64,000 nt of DNA from Eubacteriales bacterium (lineage in GTDB: Bacteria > Bacillota > Clostridia > Oscillospirales > CAG-272). A program made the position numbers and the translations under genes. A model generated the notes under the pieces. It did not search any database, was not told the origin of the DNA, and worked only from the letters and a program-made list of their open reading frames with translations. The DNA is taken from contig JAZQEH010000080.1 of assembly GCA_045538895.1 (NCBI GenBank), forward strand, positions 13,491 through 77,490, in the 5' to 3' direction. Of this stretch, positions 59,201 to 64,000 are shown in pieces; the first letter of the stretch is position 1, and each line of letters starts with the position of its first letter.

Positions 59201-60317
59201 AATTGCCGTTTACAGTACAGTTGTTACCGCCCGCACATACGTTACCGGTAATTGTAACGTTGTCCTTTATAACAACCTTGGTATCACCGTTAACGGTTCC
59301 GCTCTGTGCACCTGCACAGATATAGCAAGAAGAACCCGAGGGATTGGAAAAGCTTGCGTTTTCATACGCAGTTACGATAATTCCGTTTGTAGAAGTGATG
59401 TTACCATACATACCGCCGCCGTAAATATTATGACTCATTGCGGCATTACCGTAAATATCTATTGTTACATCGCCCGTAACGCTGACTTTATCAAAGCAGG
59501 ACACGCCAAGCACCTTTGACTTTACAACTGCATTGCCGTAAATATTAATGTCGATATCACCTGCAAAGGTGTATGCGGTTGTGCCGTTACCAAGGCTTGC
59601 ACCGATAACACCCGCCGTATCGTGCAATGCAACAACTGCATCACCGCCGATATTGATAGTTGTGTTACCCTCAAAGCTACCAAGTTGCGAACCGCCGCAA
59701 ATCGCATAAAGAACCTCGCCACCGAGGAAGTTTATAACGGAGGTGCCGGTATGCTTTCCGGTTTGGTTGCCACCGTAAATGCCTTGCCACGTGCCGCTCT
59801 TAACGGTAATAGAATTGTTACCCGTACCGGCAGTATTCCATCTGCCACCTACAATGATCGGGTACATCATGCCGCCGTTTGAGCTTGACGTGGTTACTCC
59901 CTCCCCGATAGTGAGAGGGTGATTGCGTGCAACGATATATCTTTGAGTCGCACCTACGTTTTTGATATTGATATTATCAAATTCGGTTTCACCGCCCATG
60001 ATAATTCTTGCACTAAGGTTAATAGATGCACCGTAATCGGTGCCGCCGTATTCACTTGTAACGGTAATTTTACCGGTGTGAGTGGCCAACTGAGTAGCCG
60101 CAGTAAAATTCACGTCGTTCATAACAACAACGGTACCGCCGCTTGCACAAGCTTTAATGCCCTCTGCAAATGTTTTATATGCCGTTTGCGGAGTGGTGCC
60201 GTTGCCGCTTGCGTTGACACTCGGGTCAACGTAAACAACAGTTTCTGCTGCGAAAGCAAATACTGTAAGCATAACTGCAGCCAAAACCGCCGTTAAAAAT
60301 AAAGTAGTTTTCTTCAT
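56298..60317 (-). CDS. Secreted M14 zinc carboxypeptidase-family protein (paralog B)
   Basis: MKKTT signal peptide after GGAGGAG; VHGNEPVG, NPQRD, IDCHT, FLIE; same architecture as paralog A. Confidence 0.8.
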   Translation of the reverse strand: MKKTTLFLTAVLAAVMLTVFAFAAETVVYVDPSVNASGNGTTPQTAYKTFAEGIKACASGGTVVVMNDVNFTAATQLATHTGKITVTSEYGGTDYGASINLSARIIMGGETEFDNINIKNVGATQRYIVARNHPLTIGEGVTTSSSNGGMMYPIIVGGRWNTAGTGNNSITVKSGTWQGIYGGNQTGKHTGTSVINFLGGEVLYAICGGSQLGSFEGNTTINIGGDAVVALHDTAGVIGASLGNGTTAYTFAGDIDINIYGNAVVKSKVLGVSCFDKVSVTGDVTIDIYGNAAMSHNIYGGGMYGNITSTNGIIVTAYENASFSNPSGSSCYICAGAQSGTVNGDTKVVIKDNVTITGNVCAGGNNCTVNGNSVAELYSGTVNVNFTAGTRIGTVNGNTTTVAYGGRIGFSPSGNFSLRGNGGYSSATQYGKVTGTAAVVLDGATVAGAATVGVGASGNVTLKSGSAGSAPDKSVIDLTGSKELSIGGDITASNVIGGGTLTLGSGSTLTTDTFSGNVELVISGTPEANHTYITVNDIDSTGVVEYTATSDEILTKTVGNGVIAYTVTYPERFETVKVHIDYYNPNGEGEIQPSLVLYSGLSSSDKRVKLSPTFGTENGKKYAEAFLEPGIYYYKVYYGSGGSDYHIKHFYVSGKAEFMNFDQPYEPYVADNYMEPYTATTTDEVLNNFLTVATLNNYTSLDTPTFTKHTASDRQFMTNDELCEYADALDAKCDYLYVYYPFAESAMGNKYPVLVFTKDAVPAGTSFDEIGEIVQSGGVREILMVSGGVHGNEPVGIEGSLAFANSLTGSYGETIMNSYGAIIVYPSVSADNAQRFKRLNLDGINPQRDLMQLTGEGTQNQVYVYKTFMPTVYIDCHTDTGTLTVSDSDYSVSYGGTNKLSHFDDAVIRYASVFNSPIIDINGIADGTAPVSEQLGQKIALDSIDSLIEDGFRSALYYFPNAKPNTSWVYAQARGSYGFLIESMRIWSGKDRYERSVFSMQTAIQTIASEVASYEGELAQNVYNGRNAAVITEFDENNIFAKNTTASGDLKYTFERPSIFLDGTVKGTDIVTFTHHDTVSDFIAMPTAYVIPADEADIETVLELLDMHGIKYTKLRDGATLTLRKYSGLDTVNSGNEAVTIGAAEEVTFENGAYAVTLDTSDSYFITYLFEPDSFPYTSAAEHMHSLTNMGYITGDDALYRSETDDVSAIIEALSKTAEFAASADAGYYAESAEALEQTGTISLNASIENYSECKDVIEAFGIYVYNVTTNEKVTLESGKLDELLSANGEFYALVTNIDKQNFEKNILFVPYVVMGGNVLTGESMTVNVATYNKWLGAK
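56308..56750. repeat. Near-identical direct repeat, copy 2 (3' end of M14 paralog B)
   Basis: Matches 51238-51680. Confidence 0.9.
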
Positions 60318-60370
60318 AAGCTCCTCCAAATATCTACAATTTAACAATTTTATTATATCATATATTATTA

Positions 60371-60399
60371 TTGACTAAAAATACATATTATTGTATGAT
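60371..60399 (+). promoter_or_regulatory. sigmaA promoter of the LysR gene
   Basis: TTGACT-17 bp-TATGAT upstream of AAGGAG. Confidence 0.6.
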
Positions 60400-60431
60400 T
60401 ATATATACTACAATATATAAAGGAGCAAACT

Positions 60432-61289
60432 ATGGAGCTTTTGCAACTGAAATACTTTAAAGACGCGGCAGAACTTGAAAACTTTTCAAAAGTTGCAGCA
60501 AAATACTACGTGCCTCAATCATCAATAAGCCATACTATCGCAAGACTTGAAGAGGAGCTTGCGGTTAAGCTCTTCACACGTAACGGCAAAAGGGTTATGC
60601 TTAACGAGTCCGGACGTGCATTTTATGAAGAAATAAGCGCAGCCCTTTTAAAAATCGACAAGGGCATAGACCGTGTACATGACCTACGCCACAACACCGT
60701 AAGAATTTCACTGCTTCAAGGCACCGTTGCACTTATTCCTCTTATATCCGAGTTTTCAAAAGCAAACCCCGACATTGGTATCAGCTTTGCAAACCCAAGT
60801 GAAAAACAACGAGGTAACCTGTTTTTTGACGTGCGTATTGCCTCAAAGCCGTCTGTTTCCGAAAAAGATTGCGAGTGTATTCCGCTTTTTACGGAGAGGA
60901 TTTTAGTTGCGGTTGCAAGCAACAGTCCACTGGCAAATAAAACCTCGCTTTGCTTTGAGGATATCAAAGATCAAAAAATCGTGGGACTGTACCCAACATC
61001 GGCTTTAAACAGGCTTATGAGTTCATATTTTTCAAGTCACGAATATACACCCAATATCATTATTGAAAGCGAAAACCACGCAACCGTTGCACAATTCGTA
61101 AAAGCGGGGTACGGAATAGCCTTCTATCCCGAAATATCATGGTCGGAAGTGGGAGCCGAAGGTATCGTTTCACTTCCGCTTGCGGACTGCAACTGCCGCA
61201 GAACGGTTTATTGCTTTGTCCCAAGGGACTACGAGCCGTCTGACGCCACCAAACGTTTTATCGAATTTGCCGTTGCATGGTTTAAATAG
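60432..61289 (+). CDS. LysR family transcriptional regulator
   Basis: MELLQLKYF, NFSKVA, QSSISHTIARLEEEL, LFTRNGKRVMLNESG, VKAGYGIAF. Confidence 0.9.
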   Translation: MELLQLKYFKDAAELENFSKVAAKYYVPQSSISHTIARLEEELAVKLFTRNGKRVMLNESGRAFYEEISAALLKIDKGIDRVHDLRHNTVRISLLQGTVALIPLISEFSKANPDIGISFANPSEKQRGNLFFDVRIASKPSVSEKDCECIPLFTERILVAVASNSPLANKTSLCFEDIKDQKIVGLYPTSALNRLMSSYFSSHEYTPNIIIESENHATVAQFVKAGYGIAFYPEISWSEVGAEGIVSLPLADCNCRRTVYCFVPRDYEPSDATKRFIEFAVAWFK

Positions 61290-62021
61290 TTATTGTTTTT
61301 TCATTTGCCGCAGAAATAGCAGTACCGCCGCTAAAAGCAGCACAAAAGCATAGCCGAGTACCCACCATAAATGAGGGAAAACACCCGCAAAGTTTCCCGA
61401 AAGCACTGCACGTTCCATTTCAACAGCGTGGACAAACGGGAATACATAAGCGATTTTCTTAAACACTCCGCCGACAAGCTCAAGGTCAAACCAGATACCC
61501 GAAAGCCATGCCGAAAGATTAGTGAGAAGTGCACCGCAAATTCCTCCAACCTGCTTATCGGTAAACACGCTTCCGCAAAGAAGTCCGAGTGCGATATACA
61601 TTACCGAAACGGGAATGATAAAAATAATCGCATACAGGATATTAACCGTTATTTCAAGCCCTAAAGCTATCGCCGCAATATAGCAAATCACGCTCTGCAT
61701 AATCGCCATCGGCATAATGGGGAGCGTATAGCCCAGAATGAAATCAAGTGACGTAAGCGGCGTTGTATAAAGACGCTGAAGCAGCGAGCTGCCCCTGTCC
61801 TTGGCAATAAGTGTTGCGGAAAACAGAGTCATAAACGAAAGTCCGAATACTGTGATACCCGGAGACAGATGCCCTATCTCGAAAAGCGCAACCGGAACGT
61901 TCGCTTGAATTGCACTAAGCAGTAAAATCAACACAATCGGAAAGCCAAGACCGAACGCAAGATTAATCGGGTCACGAAGTATCTCTTTTGTATTTCTGTC
62001 CGCAAAAGTCAACATTCTCAT
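61290..62021 (-). CDS. ABC-2 type transporter permease
   Basis: KEILRDP, RLYTTP, six hydrophobic segments, LSGIWF. Confidence 0.85.
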   Translation of the reverse strand: MRMLTFADRNTKEILRDPINLAFGLGFPIVLILLLSAIQANVPVALFEIGHLSPGITVFGLSFMTLFSATLIAKDRGSSLLQRLYTTPLTSLDFILGYTLPIMPMAIMQSVICYIAAIALGLEITVNILYAIIFIIPVSVMYIALGLLCGSVFTDKQVGGICGALLTNLSAWLSGIWFDLELVGGVFKKIAYVFPFVHAVEMERAVLSGNFAGVFPHLWWVLGYAFVLLLAAVLLFLRQMKKQ

Positions 62022-62755
62022 TCCGTCACCCCCTTGACAATACTGATAAACGCTTGCTCAAAACTGTCAGTTTTAGCTATTTCTTTGATTTTACCAACAC
62101 TTTCACACAGGAGAAGTTTTCCGTCTTTCATAATGGCAACTCTATCGGAAAGAGCCTCGGCTTCTTCCATATAATGCGTGGTAAGAATAACCGTAACCTC
62201 TCCCTTAAGGCGGCGTATAATATCCCATAGGTCACTTCGTGCAAGCACGTCAAGACCGAGCGTAGGCTCGTCTAAAAACAGTATTTCAGGTTCGCTCACA
62301 AGTGCCATAGCAATGCTTAATCTGCGTTGCCAACCGCCCGACAGTTTACCTGCCTTTTTTGCCATTACGCTTTCAAGCCCCAGAAGAGAAGCAAGCTCCC
62401 GAGTTTTTGCCGCAGCCTTTTCCTTTTTGAGCCCGTGAACGCCGCACATAAGTTCAAGGTTTTCACGCACCGAGAGTCCTGCGGCTATAGCAGTTTCCTG
62501 CGGTGAAACCGCTATTATAGCCTTAACTGCTGCAGTATCGGTGCAAATACTTTTGCCGTTTAAAAACGCATCACCGCTTGTAGGTTTTACCAAGCAGGAA
62601 AGCATTTTTATAGTGGTAGTTTTTCCTGCACCGTTCACGCCGAGCAATGAAACAAGCTCGCCTTTATTAACCGATAGAGTAAGGCTGTCAACTGCGAGAA
62701 TATCCTTGTACTTTTTAGTTAACTTTTCTATTCTGATAGCTTCCACCGATATCAC
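62018..62755 (-). CDS. ABC transporter ATP-binding protein
   Basis: GVNGAGKTT, LSGG, LFLDEPT, TTHYMEEAE. Confidence 0.95.
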   Translation of the reverse strand: MISVEAIRIEKLTKKYKDILAVDSLTLSVNKGELVSLLGVNGAGKTTTIKMLSCLVKPTSGDAFLNGKSICTDTAAVKAIIAVSPQETAIAAGLSVRENLELMCGVHGLKKEKAAAKTRELASLLGLESVMAKKAGKLSGGWQRRLSIAMALVSEPEILFLDEPTLGLDVLARSDLWDIIRRLKGEVTVILTTHYMEEAEALSDRVAIMKDGKLLLCESVGKIKEIAKTDSFEQAFISIVKGVTE

Positions 62756-63312
62756 TCCATTCCATACTGTTTTCTAAGCCCTTGATATGCATCTGTAAGC
62801 ATCTTGCTGACCAGCTCCTCATCGAGATTCAGATATCCCGTTGCAAACATCGTAGCAATTCCGTGAACGTACGCCCACATCTCAAGATGAAACAGCTTTG
62901 CATCATCAGGGGAAAGTCCTGTGTTATTTTGTACAGTTTCCACCATATTATCATTAAGCTCGGATTGCAATGGAGCAGTTTCTTCACTGCGGTCATACAT
63001 ATATAAAAGCTTGAACAGTTCCCTCTCCTCCTTGGCAAAACGGATATAAGCCATACCGCTTGCCTTGTAAGGCGGGAACTTTCCGCTTTCCACCTCACAC
63101 CGAACGTATTCGCCGCACATTACCTCTGCCTTTGCCCTCACGGCGGCATGCAGTTCGTTCATATTTGAAAAATTGGAAAACACAGGTTGCGTTGAACAGT
63201 TCAAAGCTGCCGCAACCGTTCTTGCACCAAGTGCCATAGTACCCTCTTTGCGTACAATCGCAACTGCGGCATTTACAATATCTTCTTTTGTCACCTTAAC
63301 CTTTGGCGGCAT
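62752..63312 (-). CDS. TetR/AcrR family regulator (WHG-type C-terminus)
   Basis: ARTVAAALNCSTQPVFSNF HTH; YIRFA; WAYVHG. Confidence 0.85.
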   Translation of the reverse strand: MPPKVKVTKEDIVNAAVAIVRKEGTMALGARTVAAALNCSTQPVFSNFSNMNELHAAVRAKAEVMCGEYVRCEVESGKFPPYKASGMAYIRFAKEERELFKLLYMYDRSEETAPLQSELNDNMVETVQNNTGLSPDDAKLFHLEMWAYVHGIATMFATGYLNLDEELVSKMLTDAYQGLRKQYGME

Positions 63313-63323
63313 AATACACCTCC

Positions 63324-63383
63324 ATAAAATAACATATGTTATATATCGTATGTTATTTTATCACAGATAATAAAAAAAGTCAA
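63324..63383 (-). promoter_or_regulatory. sigmaA promoter with overlapping inverted-repeat operator (probable TetR autoregulation)
   Basis: TTGACT (63383-63378), 17 bp, (TGa)TAAAAT (63360-63355); 13-bp IR ataaaataacata (63324-63336) / tatgttattttat (63349-63361). Confidence 0.75.
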
Positions 63384-63416
63384 TAAGGCAAAGCGTTTTT
63401 GCCTTATTGACTTTTT
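63374..63416 (-). terminator. Terminator after the ATP-grasp gene
   Basis: aaaaagtcaataaggcaaa ... tttgccttattgacttttt. Confidence 0.8.
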
Positions 63417-63423
63417 ACATATT

Positions 63424-64000
63424 TTATTTACAATTTACGGCGTCTGCGTAGAAAGCATCCATCTCTTCTTTGGTGGAGAACGTTGCAACGTACATCTGAT
63501 TACCCATTGCACCTGCAAGGGCATCGGGAATACGCTCAACCATCTTCATGCTTTCGCCATACTTTGCCATAAGCTCATCGTGGCTCATAACAAAATTCTT
63601 ACCGTCACGGCGACCTGCAAATGCACAGAAATAATGCTCACCTTCGGGATACATGGTGCTGTCAAACGCAATCATATCTGCCCAGATTTTATAAACGTTA
63701 GTGGAATTTGCAAAATTCATCATATCGGGGGTGAAACCACCGCAAGGACGCATATTTACCTCAAGTGCAACAACGTCGCCCTTCTTGCCGAGTCCCTCCT
63801 GATCCTCGGTAAGACGGAAAAACTCAAAATGCACAAAACGGCTCTTTACGCCAAAGCTCTTTACTGTTGCGCGGCCTGCCGCACGTGTATCATCGGGAAG
63901 GTCTTTTACAATATAGTAAATGCTGTTGTCCTGATTGTTTACGATATCCATAATCGAATCAACTGTAACGTTACCCGTTTCAAAAATGGGATTGCCGTTA
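63424..64000 (-). CDS. ATP-grasp domain protein (carbamoyl-phosphate synthase-like), partial; 5' end lies outside the window
   Basis: Frame is open beyond the listed ATG to the window edge (NGNPIFETGNVTVDSIMDIVN); FVHFEFF, LEVNMRPCGG. Confidence 0.7.
   Translation of the reverse strand, partial: NGNPIFETGNVTVDSIMDIVNNQDNSIYYIVKDLPDDTRAAGRATVKSFGVKSRFVHFEFFRLTEDQEGLGKKGDVVALEVNMRPCGGFTPDMMNFANSTNVYKIWADMIAFDSTMYPEGEHYFCAFAGRRDGKNFVMSHDELMAKYGESMKMVERIPDALAGAMGNQMYVATFSTKEEMDAFYADAVNCK

Overview
Chromosomal window from a Bacillota/Clostridia-type (Oscillospiraceae/Ruminococcaceae-like) bacterium. The lineage is inferred from SLH and dockerin-like proteins, the cmk-plsC-ispH/rpsA block and sigmaA promoters. 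I found no rRNA, tRNA, CRISPR array, transposase or phage genes. Main contents: (1) An eight-gene minus-strand operon, kdgK-eda-MBL hydrolase-SDR-IlvD/Edd-like dehydratase-FAD flavoprotein-FdrA-DUF1116. Several of its enzymes show non-canonical active-site residues, making it the best candidate for an undescribed catabolic pathway. (2) Seven large secreted modular enzymes (GH97, SGNH esterase, GH43, GH31, LamG-metallophosphoesterase, two M14 peptidases). They are built from a shared N-terminal module and three kinds of C-terminal tag (short atypical dockerin-like, SLH, and an unnamed ~140-aa domain), and four lie next to a divergent AraC/LysR gene. (3) Two housekeeping fusions with possible built-in uncoupling signals: an A10 tract at the Cmk-PlsC junction, and an internal SD/ATG plus promoter in IspH-RpsA. 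(4) A small MITE-like element that appears to have duplicated a 36-bp terminator, with a second partial copy 23.5 kb away. All protein calls come from motif recognition by eye; no database searches were run.
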